Shown one piece after another: positions 13,191 to 26,021 of a stretch of 44,818 nt of DNA; within the stretch, counting starts at the first letter, position 1, and each line of letters begins with the position of its first letter. The notes beneath the pieces are model-generated. The model searched no databases. It was not told where the DNA came from and saw only the letters and a program-made list of their open reading frames with translations. Location of the stretch: NCBI RefSeq assembly GCF_001194135.2, contig NC_068990.1:80522623-80567440 (forward strand). The letters are read 5' to 3'. The translations under genes were made by a program, and so were the position numbers. Source of the stretch: Octopus bimaculoides (Eukaryota).

Positions 13191-14375
13191 GAGAAAAGCA
13201 ACAAACCTTACATTAATATTGATTCTGTATATTGCACACGAATTCAAATTTTTATTCTGTTATATCGGATCCATAAATCTCATCGCTGAAAAGGGAAATC
13301 GAAAGCTACGAAGTGATTTGAACTTGTAACGTTAAGAGCAACAAGTCATTCCGTCATTTTTGTAATTATATTTTCCCCGGCAATGGATAGTTCGTTCATA
13401 TAAAGGAGAGAATAACGGACGAAACAAGGCAAAAAAAAGTAAAGAGAAAGAAGATGCGTGCCTAAGGTTATCATGCTTTTCGGTAGGGGATTAAAGTTGA
13501 CAATTAACATTAGATATACAGTGTCTAAATGGGGAAGATAGCGATGCAGAAGTACAGGGAAACACAACTAATCCAGCTTATAGTATATCTTCAATGCGCC
13601 CGTAGCTACGGATGTGACGTTGTGTCTTTATCACATATGTGTGATACAACTCCTACTGTAATATGTCCACGGTTTGTGGTTCGAGGAAGTTTCAGCTATC
13701 TTTGAGCTATCAGAAATCAATGAGGAGCTTGACTGGAGGCAGTCACATTGTGATTGCTGAAATATATTTAAATTAATCTGGAAGTCGCAAATCTAAAAAA
13801 TAGCCAGAGGTACTATGAATACTTTGACATCTGGGTTGGCAGAATCATTGAATCAAAACATTTGGTGTATTCGTCACTGAAAAGACCAAGTTAAGACGAC
13901 GTTCTGTGTTTGGCGACGCACTGGTGATTTGAGCAAAACCCCGTGCTTTCGAACCATGAATCTTTTTGAGAAATTTCCTCTCAGACAAAACGTTACAGTT
14001 AGATCTAGTTCACATTTATATACACGTGGATATTTTAATCGACAGATGTTTAAATGCATGTTTTGATTTACATCTACCTTGGCTAGCTTTCGCATAAATA
14101 TATATTTTGCTTACAGTTCAATATCGGAGCAAGCATTGTCTATTTGGTTCAGAACGTACTGGTTGTTCGTGATTGAGGTGATCAAATAATGTCAAAACAC
14201 AGTGACTGGCGAGGTATCGCCGAATTGAGCAAAGTCTTATGTCTTTAACGTACAATCTCTTCGAGACAAAATGTTACTACTAGTGATGTTCCACGTTTAT
14301 AAAATCATTTTAAATGTTGTTCACACCTGCAAACGTGTTTGATACTTGGCTACTTTTCACAATGAATATGCCCAT

Positions 14376-14562
14376 AGGCGCAGGTGTGTGTGTGTGGTAA
14401 GGAGTTTGTTCCCCACCATATCATTACGGGTTTAATTTCCACTGCGTGACACTTTCTGCCAGCGTGTTCACCTATATCATTCGGCCAACCAAAAACCTTG
14501 TGAGTGAAGTTGGTGGATAGAAGCTGAAAGAAGCCTATTGTATATATATATATATATATATA
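14376..14562 (+). mobile_element. SINE family B, 5' module only, followed by (TA)n
   Basis: aggcgcaggtgtg..tgtggtaagg...ccttgtgagtgaagttggtggatagaagctgaaagaagcc aligns with 43397-43560. Confidence 0.8.
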
Positions 14563-14720
14563 AATGGGACAAGAACGCAAAATGTCCAGACAGTTAGATG
14601 ATACAAGAAAGAGACAAAACATACAGATACAAAGAAAACACAGACATACCATTCGGAGTTTTCTCTCTTCAGTCGAGATCCAGATTATCTTTGCAATTTC
14701 GGCTGGTTATTCTCGATATT

Positions 14721-14795
<75 letters not shown>

Positions 14796-15548
14796 CTTAT
14801 AATTTTGAAAATGGAGAGATTCAATGGATATAAATAATTGATAACCAATTTAAATTACAAAACACATACAATGATATAAGGTTGCATTTTGAGTATTGTG
14901 GGTGGAAGATCTTCAGGGGCAAAATGGACATTACAGAATTTACATTTTGATGAGGGCAAATCCTCCAACCGACTAAGCGGATGAAAGCATGTTTATTGTG
15001 TGTGCGTGCGTGGATGCGTTAATGTTTATTATTTTTCTATTTAAATACAAATAATACTAGTAATAATGAATTAAAATATATAAGAATAAATGATAAAAAT
15101 AAAGATTAATAATGATAATAATGAAAATAATGAAATATTATATTAATAATAAAAGATAAATAAAATAAAAATGAAATAAGACTTTATTTTTACAAAACAT
15201 GGATGGCCACGGTCCATTTTGGTTTATGTGTGAGTGTATGTTCGGATGTTAATATATGTGCTCGTATATGTATATACATATGTTGACTACCTAAGTTAAT
15301 ATATGTGTACGTATGTGTGTATGTATGTCGGCGTAAGGTTATTGAATATAAGTAAGGATGGCATCGTTTATGCACGAGGGTGTTTGTGTCAATGTGATGT
15401 GTGTGCGTGCGTTTATAGATCCTTATTGCTTAAGTTAATTTATCACTGCCTAAGTGTATATGTAAAAGGTTATCGAATATTTCTATACTTATATATGCAT
15501 TTGCAGGTATGGATATTCATAGCCCATTTCAGTTTATGTACGATTGTT

Positions 15549-15621
<73 letters not shown>

Positions 15622-16359
15622 GTTTAAATTTTTATCTCAGCGTATGTGTGTTTGTATATTAGTAAGGTGTTATGAAGTCAAATCAATTTGTTAATATATA
15701 ACTTTATACTCTTAACCGTGAAACGTCGTACACGATTAACTAAAGGCAGGTTTGTTTTTGCTTTTCTCTTCTGATTTTGTTCTGTGTGTGCCATAAATAT
15801 CGCCATCCGTTAGAGAAAAAATTTGTAGTTTGGAATCAGTAGTTCTTTGACTGCTATTTCTAAATTTTCAGTATGTTGGTGAAGCAACTCATGCTAATCC
15901 CTGTATATTTATGATTATATATATATATATATATATTCCCTTATATTCTTTTATCTAATTTATGAAAAACTCAATCATAAAAGTCAATCATAATTATCAT
16001 AATATGAAACAGTAAGATAATTAGTAAAGTAATTATATTTGTATTTAGTGATTGATTCATAGTTTATTCTATATAACATTATATATTTCAATGTGTATGA
16101 GAGAGAACACATGTATATATACGGGACTACGTTACTCACAATTAAGATTAATACGTAGATATATTAAGTGTATTACGTCATCAAGATTAATGTTACCGAT
16201 AGATTTATAATATTTGCATCTAAAATAAGATGTATTATATTATCTGATTAATTAATAAATATCAATACTCAATATTATTATTAAATTGATATTTAAGTAT
16301 TATATCGTATAATATATAGTGTATACTATCTACATTTATATTATTTGAGTTTGTATGTA

Positions 16360-16393
<34 letters not shown>

Positions 16394-16402
16394 TGTTTTG
16401 GA

Positions 16403-16611
16403 GTCTGTGTTTACCACTCACCCCCACTTGACAGCCGTTGTTGGTATGTTTACATCACTTTGGCAAAAGAGATCGATAGAATTAGCACCAAGCTTTTAAA
16501 TATAAGTACTGGGGGCAATCCATTCGACTAAAATTCATCAAGGTGGTACCCCAGCATGGCCGTAGTCTAATGGATGAAATAAGCATACGATAAAAGATAA
16601 GAGATAAAAGA
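16403..16611 (+). mobile_element. SINE family B, 3' module preceded by (TG)n
   Basis: gtctgtgttt...cttgacagccg...ggcaaaagagatcgatagaattag...cagcatggccgtagtc aligns with 43917-44128. Confidence 0.8.
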
Positions 16612-16652
16612 TGTGGATCAAATACATTTTGTTGTCGAACCTACCATTAACA

Positions 16653-16808
16653 ACTGCGTTGTAAGAAGTTTGCTTTCGACTATATGGTTGTGGGTTCAGC
16701 CCCACTGTGTGACAACTTGAGCAAGTGTCTTTTATTATAGTTTGGAACCCACCAACTCCTTGTGAGTGGATTTCGTAGATGGAAACTTAAAAAAACCCAT
16801 CATATATA
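16653..16808 (+). mobile_element. SINE family B, 5' module
   Basis: gtaagaagtttgct...gggttcagccccactg...gagcaagtgtctt...ccttgtgagtggatttcgtagatggaaact. Confidence 0.8.
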
Positions 16809-16810
16809 TT

Positions 16811-17251
16811 CTTTTATTATTGTACTTGTTTCAGCCATTTGACTGCGGTCATGCTGGAGCACCGCCTTAAAAGGTTTTTAGTCGGAGAAATCGACTCCAG
16901 GACTTATTCTTTGTAAGCCTAGTACTTCTTTCGAGTTTTTTTTGCCGAACTGCTACATAACGAGGACGTAAACACACCAGAATCGGCTTCGGGTCAAACA
17001 CAGACACACAAATATATACACACACACACATACACACACACACACACACACAAACAAACATATATATGGATGTATACATACACGGCAGTCTTCTCTCAGT
17101 TTGTGTCTACCAAATCCACTCACAAGGCTTCGGTCGGCCCGAGGTTATAGTGGAGGATACTTGCACATGGTGGCATAGGGTGAGACTGATGGGACTGAAC
17201 CAGAACCATGTGGTTTGGAAGCAAAATTCTTACCACACAACTACGCCTGCG

Positions 17252-17253
<2 letters not shown>
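16811..17253 (-). mobile_element. SINE family B, full composite copy
   Basis: Reverse complement of 5' module (about 17080-17253), (CA)n/(TA) spacer and 3' module (16811-17010); colinear with 43397-44128. Confidence 0.9.
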
Positions 17254-17286
<33 letters not shown>

Positions 17287-17489
17287 NNNNNNNNNNNNNN
17301 NNNNNNNNNNNNNNNNNNNNNNNNACACATACATACACAAACAACCTCAAACACATATGTATATATATACGTGTTTCTCTATATATTAATATATGTATAT
17401 GGTTGTGTTTTTGAGGTTGTTTGTGTATGTATATATGTGTGTGTGTGTGTGTGTGTGTNNNNNNNNNNNNNNNNNNNNNNNNNNNNNNN

Positions 17490-17526
<37 letters not shown>

Positions 17527-18337
17527 GTATATACGCACAATGTGTGCATATGTACGTAAGATATGTATACACACACACACACATGAACGCACGTGAGTGT
17601 ACACATGCGTTAGTGTTTATGGATATATTGTGTTCTTGAGAGTGAACGTCTGAATAGATTAATGCGCTTCTATGTCTGTGACTGGTGGAAAGTATCGCTA
17701 CGTTTGAGTACACATATTGTATTTATATGAACGTGTGCTTGTCTTTATGTATGCGTAGCTCATTTGTATCTAAGCCTGTCTCTCTGTCTTTCACTCTCTC
17801 TGCTATCTTGTATGTATATATGATCGTTTTGCATGTATATTGCGCGCGCCTGTCTGTGAGTGCGTGTGTGCAGGTGTGAATGCGTACCTGTACGTGCGTG
17901 TGTGTGTCTGTGTCTGTGTCTGTGTCTGTGTATGTGTGCGCGCCCTGGTGTGTATGTATGTGTGTGTGTTTACTCGACAGTCAAGAATATTGTTGTCTGC
18001 AGTATAAACAAATAAATTAATCGTTGTCATGGAATTTCAGGCGACATTAAAAATTCTCTTTCATTTTTCCGTTTTCCAATTTCTTACTTTACACTCGACA
18101 CATTTTCTCTCTGGTTCGCTTTCTTCATTTAATTATTTATTAGTTTATCAAATGATATTTATATTCGAATTATTGCAACAAAAAAATTAATAATAATAAT
18201 TTTTAATTATTACATTTCATTTTAATGTAATGCTTTATATTTATTTTATTTATGAATAATTTTTCTGTACGTTTTCCTGTTTTTCCTTTAGCAATTCCTT
18301 TCAAAGTCAATTTAGACCTCAATAGTATTCCTTGACA

Positions 18338-18772
18338 GGCGGCGAGCTGGCAGAAACGTTAAGGACGCTGGGTGAAATGCTTACCGCTATTTTGCCCGTC
18401 GTAACGTCCTGAGTTCGAATTACGTCTATGTCGTCTTTGCTTTCATCCTTTCGGGGTCGATAAATTAAGTACCAGTTACGCACTGGGATCGATGTAATCA
18501 GCTTACTCCCTTTGTCTGTCCTTGTTTGTCCCCTCTATGCTTAGGCCCTTGTGGGCAATAAAGAAATAAGAAACGTTAACCACGTCGGGCGAAATGCTTA
18601 GCGATACTTCGCCCGTCGCTACGTTCTGAGTTCAAATTCTGTCTAGGTCGACTTTTCCTTTTATCATTTCGAGGTCGATAAATCAAGTACTAGTTGAGTA
18701 CTGGGGTCGATGTGATCGACTGCCCCTCCCCTTCCCACAAAATCCAGGCCTTGTGCCTAGAGTAGAAAGAAT
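18338..18772 (+). mobile_element. SINE family A heterodimer (monomer 1 18338-~18568, monomer 2 ~18569-18772) with 9-bp TSD
   Basis: Two colinear monomers with different 3' tails. TATTCCTTG lies at 18326-18334 and 18773-18781. Confidence 0.9.
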
Positions 18773-19309
18773 TATTCCTTGGCAATATTACGCACACATG
18801 CTTTTTATAACATAACAAGCATTATCACCTCTACCTCACTGTCTACATACACTTTGACAAAACTCTCTTAGATTCTTACTTTATTCTTTGTATTTTTTCA
18901 TCTCTCTCTAGCTCTCTCTGTCTCTGTCTGTCTGTCTGTCTCTCTTTCTGTGATATATCTGCACACAAACCTCATTACCATAACACTTTTCTTAGTACTT
19001 CATTTCTTACATTTATCTTACTGTTTCTTTCTTCGTCCGTCTTTCATTGTGGTGTCATAGTCATCTTTCCGTAACTAATTCTCCTATCACATATTTTTTT
19101 TTCATCTATTTCTCTTTTAACTATTCTCTTAATTGCTAATCTTTGCTTCTCCATCGATGAAAAGGAAAGTAATAACACACATACACACACATACACACAC
19201 TATTATAGACATGCACACACTCAAACTCACGCTCATACCTATACACATAATACATACATATATGCATTATATGTGTGTGTATTGTGTGTGAGTATGTGTG
19301 TGTGTGTAT

Positions 19310-19311
<2 letters not shown>

Positions 19312-19344
<33 letters not shown>

Positions 19345-19363
19345 CATAGATAGATAGATAGAT
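19312..19363 (+). repeat. (GATA)n microsatellite
   Basis: Direct. Confidence 0.95.
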
Positions 19364-19989
19364 TATAGCTGTAGATATAGATGTATAGGTAGAAAGCAGA
19401 AACCAAGGAAACTAATGATTGCTGGCTTCGGCAGGAGATCAAAACATTGTTTGTATTGATTAAGTGTGAAGTTGTTAAGTTCGGATATCATTAGAAGACT
19501 CACCGTCGATAAATTCTGTCTTTGTGGAGAGAGAACAAATGTACGTTTGTCTTTAGTCCACGAGAGCGTGGAAGTAGTGAAGAGTTACTTGTAGGGAAAA
19601 AAGTAAAACAAATTAGTTTATTAGTTTCTGTGAATGCGTAGGAGGGAAATAATGGCCGAATAAAACAAGAAGAAATCAGAAGTACACGAGATAGGAAGTT
19701 AAGATAGAATACGAAGGAAAAGCAACAGTAAGATTATCGTAGGGTTTAATGTAGAGGAGCCTTATGGCGGAGTGGAAATGAGAGATGATTAACAAATTGC
19801 TCTCACTCGGCAGTAACACGATAGTTTCATTTCTTTTAGAGATAGGTTTCACCTTAACATAGAGCTTACTTGTACTATATCTGACACCTCTGACAGCTTA
19901 TTAGTTATTCCTGTCAATATTGACAAACTCCACCTGTTCATATATCGACTGAGTATAAAAAGTTGACTTGCAGTTCTATCTCTATTTCT

Positions 19990-20590
19990 CCTTTATCTGC
20001 TATCACGTTCTCTCAATTTCTCGGACTTTACCGATTCTTAGTCAAAGTTTCGGATTCCAACTTCAAGTCTGAAAGTTTGCAACATTTTTCTCGACGATAT
20101 TGTCGACTCCACTAAGTCGAGTAACATATCTCTCCAACACACTTTATGAACAACATACAAATCGGTGAATCATTTTCCTACACCTATCACCTGTGTAGCC
20201 TCTCATTGCGCAGCTTCTTGATTCACTGCGGCACCCATAACCGTTAACATTCTCCATGTACCATATGTCATCACAAATATAAGAGTTTTACAACTTTCGT
20301 ATTAGAAATTCCTTAGACTCTGGCCCAAACGCCCGAGTCTCTTCACCTATTCCACATCTGCCCATAGATTAGTAATACAACGAAAATTATGCTAAATCTT
20401 TATCCATTAGATTAAAATATATTGAGTTCCATCCGTTAACGAAATAGTCCGCCTCTTCGGAGATCTCTTTTACCAACGCCTTCATTGTATCCACTAATTC
20501 AGTCCCGCTGAAAACGCGGCACTCACTAATTACACAACTTTGTCCTGGCAATAAACATTTCAAAATGCAATCCACTATTTTTATATACAA
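19990..20590 (-). mobile_element. Decayed Ty3/Gypsy-like pol remnant (RT thumb to RNase H junction)
   Basis: Successive minus-strand peptides LKCLLPGQSCVISECRVFSG..MKALVKE..YFNLMDKDLA..GEETRAFGPESKEFL, then FVMTYGT..MGAAVNQE..ATQVIG..DMLLDLVE..FRLEVG. They follow the Gypsy order KCxFgqs..FLGH / KAI..P..NYYRxFIxdLA / W.EE.ERAF..KE.L / F...TDAS..GAVLxQE..VIAYAS. Stops and frameshifts are present; manual alignment only. Confidence 0.45.
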
Positions 20591-20644
20591 CTAAGCGCAG
20601 GAATGAAAGAGCAGGTAATTATCTTCTTTGGAATCAAATGGACG

Positions 20645-20828
20645 CTTCTTCTTCTTCTTCTTCTTCTTCTTCTTCTTCTTCTTCTTCTTCTTCTTCTTCT
20701 TCTTCTTCTTCTTCTTCTTCTTCTTCTTCTTCTTCTTCTTCTTCTTCTTCTTCTTCTTCTTCTTCTTCTTCTTCTTCTTCTTCTTCTTCTTCTTCTTCTT
20801 CTTCTTCTTCTTCTTCTTCTTCTTCTTC
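20645..20828 (+). repeat. Perfect (CTT)~61 trinucleotide repeat
   Basis: Uninterrupted run of about 183 bp. Confidence 0.97.
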
Positions 20829-22129
20829 CATGCACATGACTATGCATGTGTGTGTGTGTGTGTGTGTGAATATGCTGCTTAATATCTTAGCTTCCACCGC
20901 GTTTCTGTATGCATATCACCACATGAATGGGTACATATCTTTGAAAATGTACAAGCTAGCAGGTTAGATTTTTATGCGTGCATTTGTTCAGACAGGCATC
21001 AGATTATTGCTATTGACAAGTGTTTTTGTAGTAACTAACCTCCGTATCATTAAAGAATCCCCTTTACTTTGTACTAAACACAAATCCTGGCTTTGCTTCC
21101 CGCCATTATTTTCTTTCTATTGACAATCTTACTCTCACTGATATTCTCCATCTCTGTCTATTCTAAACACATGATTTCGAAAATAAATTCTTTACCATTT
21201 TCCAAAAGAAATCCTTTACTATTTCTACAATATGATACAATAACGACAAACAACCTCTTTCACTTCAGAAACAGACATGATCAGAAAAGTCGGGATCTCT
21301 TTTCCAAATGGTATAGGAATAGCTATAAAATTATACATACATACAAACATACATACATACAAACTTACATATATATGCACTATGCCGTCAGCATAAGATT
21401 TGTAAGCGTAAAGGACCATTTAAAATTCTTTTTTGAACGTTTATTTTTCTCTACAACTGTGCCTACTCTTCCAGCCTAAATGAGTAACTGGTTTATTTCT
21501 CCAATCATAAAAATAGAAAAACACCTAGCAAAGTAGAATCAAGTAGTTACTGTTAATTAATGTTAGGTAACTCTGATGAAAAATCGTATCTTTGATCAAA
21601 GACGTTGCTCTGTTGACCCTCTTGGTTTGTGTATCAGGAAATATATAAAAGTAGTTCGGTATCATTTGTGTGCCATGGTCTGCTACTTCTATCGAAGTCA
21701 CGTTACAAGTGTACATTTTTGTCAGAAGCGAAGAAATATATATTTCAGAGGATTGAAAATATGAGAGAGAAGGATACACTGAATGGCTGTTTACTGATTA
21801 GATCAGATAATAGTTACATATGCTCGGATAGTTTATATTTGTATTCAGCAGTGAAAGTAACTCGAACACCAAAATAACAACTTTGAATACTATTACATTG
21901 CTCGAAATATTTCCATAAATAGATTTAGGTTGTCGCGAGAAAACACAGGACACTTTTCCGCCTGGTTGTATTTGACCCGGAGGCAAATAGGTACGCGAGT
22001 GTTGGAAAGTGAGACGGCTGCAAGGGCATTGGGTTGGTGCTATCTATATTGAAACCGAAATTATAAAACTCACAGTTGGTGGGGATTGAACTCAGAGCAC
22101 ATGTTTGTAGATGTATGTGTGTGTGTGTG

Positions 22130-22910
22130 TGCATTTTGGATAAATAGATTCCTCGTGATATATAGAGAATTGCATCCAAAAATTAATGACCATAGGGTAT
22201 GGATAAATATGTATTCAGTTCGTCGAGATTTGGCACAAGTGGAATCCAATTATGAAACAATTGCAAAAGATGTATGTTTGGAGAATTTGTGAAAGCTGCA
22301 GCGAATATCATACAAACACGAAAGCACAGCAGGTTAAATTTCGTTAACAAGGAATAAGATAAAGCTTGAGGCAGAAACACAAATTTACTACACAGAGGTC
22401 ATACCAATAAGGAATTCAGAAAGAAAAAAAAATGGAAAATATGATATGAAGAAGTATAATGTGAATGGGAAAATCTCAGTGTGTGAAATGCCCCGAGAGA
22501 ACTGACAGATCTGACTCTGATATTAAAAGTTCGCTCATGTTATGAACCAATGAAAGCGATGAATCTAGCAGGCTGTTAGAATGCTTCCATACCAATACCA
22601 ACTTGTGAGCATGGCCAAACAGTGAATAGTTCACTTTTGAATCAGAAAATTTCTAGTTCAATTCTAGGGCATGGCACCGTGGGTGAGTATTTCTATTTTA
22701 CTATAACCGCAGGAGACGAAAGGATTTTTGAGTGAAAATGGAAAGGTACAAACAATGTGGAAGTCTGTCAATGAAGTCTGTGATTTAAAAAGCCAGGTTT
22801 TGTCATGCTACTTAAAATATACGTTAATTCTCACAAGCATTGAAGTTGATGACACTATTGTCTATAAGATATTCAACCACTTTCACCTATATATCATACA
22901 ATGATCGAGA
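22130..22910 (+). mobile_element. Decayed CR1/L2-type LINE ORF2 (RT and C-terminal region) remnant
   Basis: Colinear peptides WINRFL..R..KINDH..WIN..S, YNVNGK..CE..RE, DSDIKSS.., GKVQTMWKSVNEVCDL, DDTIVYKIFN. They mirror CR1 motifs WIxxFLxxRxQxVxINg..S, YxLNG..E.EkDLGV.iDSDLKFS, LEKVQRRATK.vpE.kdL, rGDmIevYKIlN. Manual alignment. Confidence 0.55.
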
Positions 22911-23139
22911 AATGAATATTTATCATCAAATCTGACGGAGACCTCCAATAGATGTCAAAATTCCCCATGTAGACAGCTACATCTTCAAAATTAGAAAACT
23001 TGCATTGTATTATGCAATAGTGTACTAATGCGTTATTCAGTACTGAATTATTATCTCTACAAGATTCTTATAAATATGGATCTAAAACAGCAGCAAGTCT
23101 AAAGTGTTTTATGATGACAATTTGTCATACCATAAACTA

Positions 23140-23445
23140 TAATGATTTACGTAGCTATTGCACTCCATAACAACAACAACGTATCAACAGAGAAACAACC
23201 TTCATCATCAAATACCGATAACTACGGGAGTGAAAGGGGGGCAACTGACACCAACCCTACACAAGCATTTCCTGAATCTGCCACTACAACTAATGCTGCA
23301 AAATCCACCAATAATATAGCCACTAGTGATATAGCATTGCTTCTGCTGCTGCTACTACTACTAATACACAGTTCTAATGCTACTGCTATTGCTAGCAGCT
23401 ACGCCTGCAATTGCTGCTACAATTACGTCCCAGCAACAATCAAGA
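23140..23445 (+). repeat. Degenerate (AAC/ACT/GCT)n low-complexity tract
   Basis: Decayed trinucleotide periodicity; it gives the S/T/A-rich 102-aa ORF. Confidence 0.5.
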
Positions 23446-23482
23446 GGTAACTGAATTTCAGCACTATGTGACATTTATATGT

Positions 23483-23716
23483 TATTTCTTTACTGCCCAC
23501 AAGGGGCTAAACATAGAGGGGACAAACAAGGACAGACAAACGGATTAAGTCGATTATATCGACCCCAGTGCCTAACTGGTACTTAATTTAATCGACCCCG
23601 AAAGGATGAAAGGCAAAGTTGACCTCGGCGGAATTTGAACTCAGAACGTAGCGGCAGATGAAATACCGCTAAGCATTTCGCCCGGCGTGCTAATGTTTCT
23701 GCCAGCTCGCCGCCTC
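23483..23716 (-). mobile_element. SINE family A, young full-length copy with perfect 16-bp TSD
   Basis: The head reads ggcggcgagctggcagaa... with B-box-like GAGTTCAAATTCC on the minus strand. TGTGACATTTATATGT lies at both 23467-23482 and 23717-23732. Confidence 0.95.
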
Positions 23717-23983
23717 TGTGACATTTATATGTGAACCTCTACAACTGAATTGAATTTATTTAAATTTATTTAGCCTTTTATTTCAGCACGACTCAATCGT
23801 AATTCCAACTGACTGAAACCGGTAGTATATCATAAAAGTGTAAATGTGTTCTCTCTCAATTACTTTGTCTTTTTGTTTTTTGATACAAACTGTTTTTGTG
23901 AAATCTCTTAAACTNNNNNNNNNNNNNNNNNNNNNNNNNNNNNNNNNNNNNNNNNNNNNNNNNNNNNNNNNNNNNNNNNNNNN

Positions 23984-24041
<58 letters not shown>

Positions 24042-24894
24042 TGTGTCTGTGTATGTGTGAGTTAGAGGTTACACAGCCATCTAGAGGATAATAAATAAAT
24101 AATAAATATATATAAATGAATGTCTACAGGCTGATGTTTGTCGATTGATTATACTCTCCATTTTCTTATTTGCCCTGTATATATATATATATATATATAT
24201 AATATGCGTGTGTGTGTGTGTGTATGCATGTATATATATATATACCTTTGGAAACACCACGACATGCAGACACACACACACCTCTGCACACACATACTCT
24301 CTTCTCACACTTTCTCTCCAAACAGACAAATATTGTTGTCTTTGCAATTTTCTTGGTATGTCATAACTTTCCATCATAGGTATATATTCCTCATAGATTT
24401 CAATTAGTTCCTTCATCATAGTTACCTTTTCTTTTTCATGTATTTTAGCAGTTTCTTATAATCCCCTGAACGCTATAACAATGTCTCCGAAACTTTCACA
24501 CTTGTGCAATTTTTATCAATTTGTCTGAGTTATCTTTTTTTTCATATAATTTATATAACTCTATGTTTTGGAATCTGGTTTTCAAGCCGTTTTTGGTAAA
24601 ATTACGATTTCACACCCGTGCGTATTTATATTATACGCAAGCACATACAAAAATAGCAACTTGCATTTTCTTCGTATTCTCTTACGTGCTTTATCAATAT
24701 CCATATTCTCTCGCTCGTACTCTCACTTACAATCCTCTCATATACGCTTTCACACCAGCAATTTTACGATTATCACACACACATAAACACAAGCTCCAAA
24801 TATATGTAGATACCCATACACACACATACATATGTACATATTTTTGGCGTCATAAGAATGTAGAAAATTTCAGAACTTGAAATAATACTTTGTT

Positions 24895-24909
24895 TCGCGT
24901 GTATATATT

Positions 24910-24961
<52 letters not shown>

Positions 24962-25340
24962 TGTGTGTCTCTTTGTGTATACACACGCACGAACATATAT
25001 ATGTATGTATGCATGTATATATATGTATATATATATATGTATGTATATATACATATAACTATATCTTTCTTTCTCTCTCTCCCCCCCTCTCTCTCTCTAT
25101 ATATATATACACATACAAGTACACAAACACAGACACTCACGCATACACACGCACATACACCCACGCACACACATGTATTTGTGTATATATATATGTATGT
25201 ATATGTGTGTATATACATATATATATATATATACATATATGTGTGTGTGTGTGTATATATATATATCTTTGTGTGTGTATGTATGCATGTATGTGCGTCT
25301 GTATGAATGTATGTATGTATATGTATATATATTTATATAC
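24895..25340. repeat. Compound (TA)/(GT)/(CT)/(CA) microsatellite region
   Basis: Direct. Confidence 0.9.
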
Positions 25341-25552
25341 GTACATATAGAGTTCAAGTTTATAGTAAAACAAAGACGAAAACAGGTGTAGGAATAACAG
25401 ACAAGTGTACTAGTTTGACGCTCGGGAAAAATGGAGATGTATCTTACGTAACGAGCCAACGCTCTTCCACAGAAATGATTAAGAGGATATAAGGAGAGAC
25501 GGAATGAAAAAGAAAACGTATTGAGTTCAGTGGTCCAATATGGCGGTATACA

Positions 25553-25566
25553 TATCTATCTATCTG

Positions 25567-25628
<62 letters not shown>
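25553..25628 (+). repeat. (TATC)n microsatellite
   Basis: Direct. Confidence 0.95.
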
Positions 25629-25629
<1 letters not shown>

Positions 25630-25803
25630 GACATTACTATCGTCATCAATAACAACGGGAACATTAGTAAGTCATCTCCGATTCCTCAACCTGGTTGCTC
25701 AATCCACTAAACGTTGTGTTCACGACTCCCTCAAATAAACATTGTATCGCTACGAAAAGAGATCGATGGAAAAAGATAAAAGGCTTAGGTAAAACTCTTG
25801 AAA

Positions 25804-26010
25804 AAGGCGTGATATTTGCGGCAGGATTCGAGCGAAATGATTAGCAGTATTTCATTCGTCTTTACGTTCTGAGTTCAAATTCCGCCGAGGTCAACTTTGC
25901 CTTCATCCTTCGTGGTTGATAAATTAAGTACCAGTTGAGTACTGGAGTCGATGTAATCGATTGTCCCCTCCTCTAAATTTCAGGCCTCATGCCTATGATA
26001 GAAAGGTTTA
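25804..26010 (+). mobile_element. SINE family A (tail variant 2)
   Basis: tacgttctgagttcaaattccgccgaggtcaactttgcc...gagtactggagtcgatgtaatcga...caggcctcatgcctatgatagaaagg. Confidence 0.9.
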
Positions 26011-26021
26011 TAAATGTTTTC

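Noticed and set aside
14376-14460. Genuine tRNA genes at SINE heads (also 23640-23716, 43397-43470)
   Set aside because: The A/B-box-like heads continue directly into SINE bodies and do not form a cloverleaf.
20581-20967. Poly-R/L/F/E/S ORFs
   Set aside because: All arise from the (CTT)n repeat.
21093-21479. 128-aa ORF with hydrophobic N-terminus as a secreted protein
   Set aside because: It starts at TTG in a pyrimidine-rich low-complexity tract, runs through a TACA microsatellite, and shows no recognisable homology.
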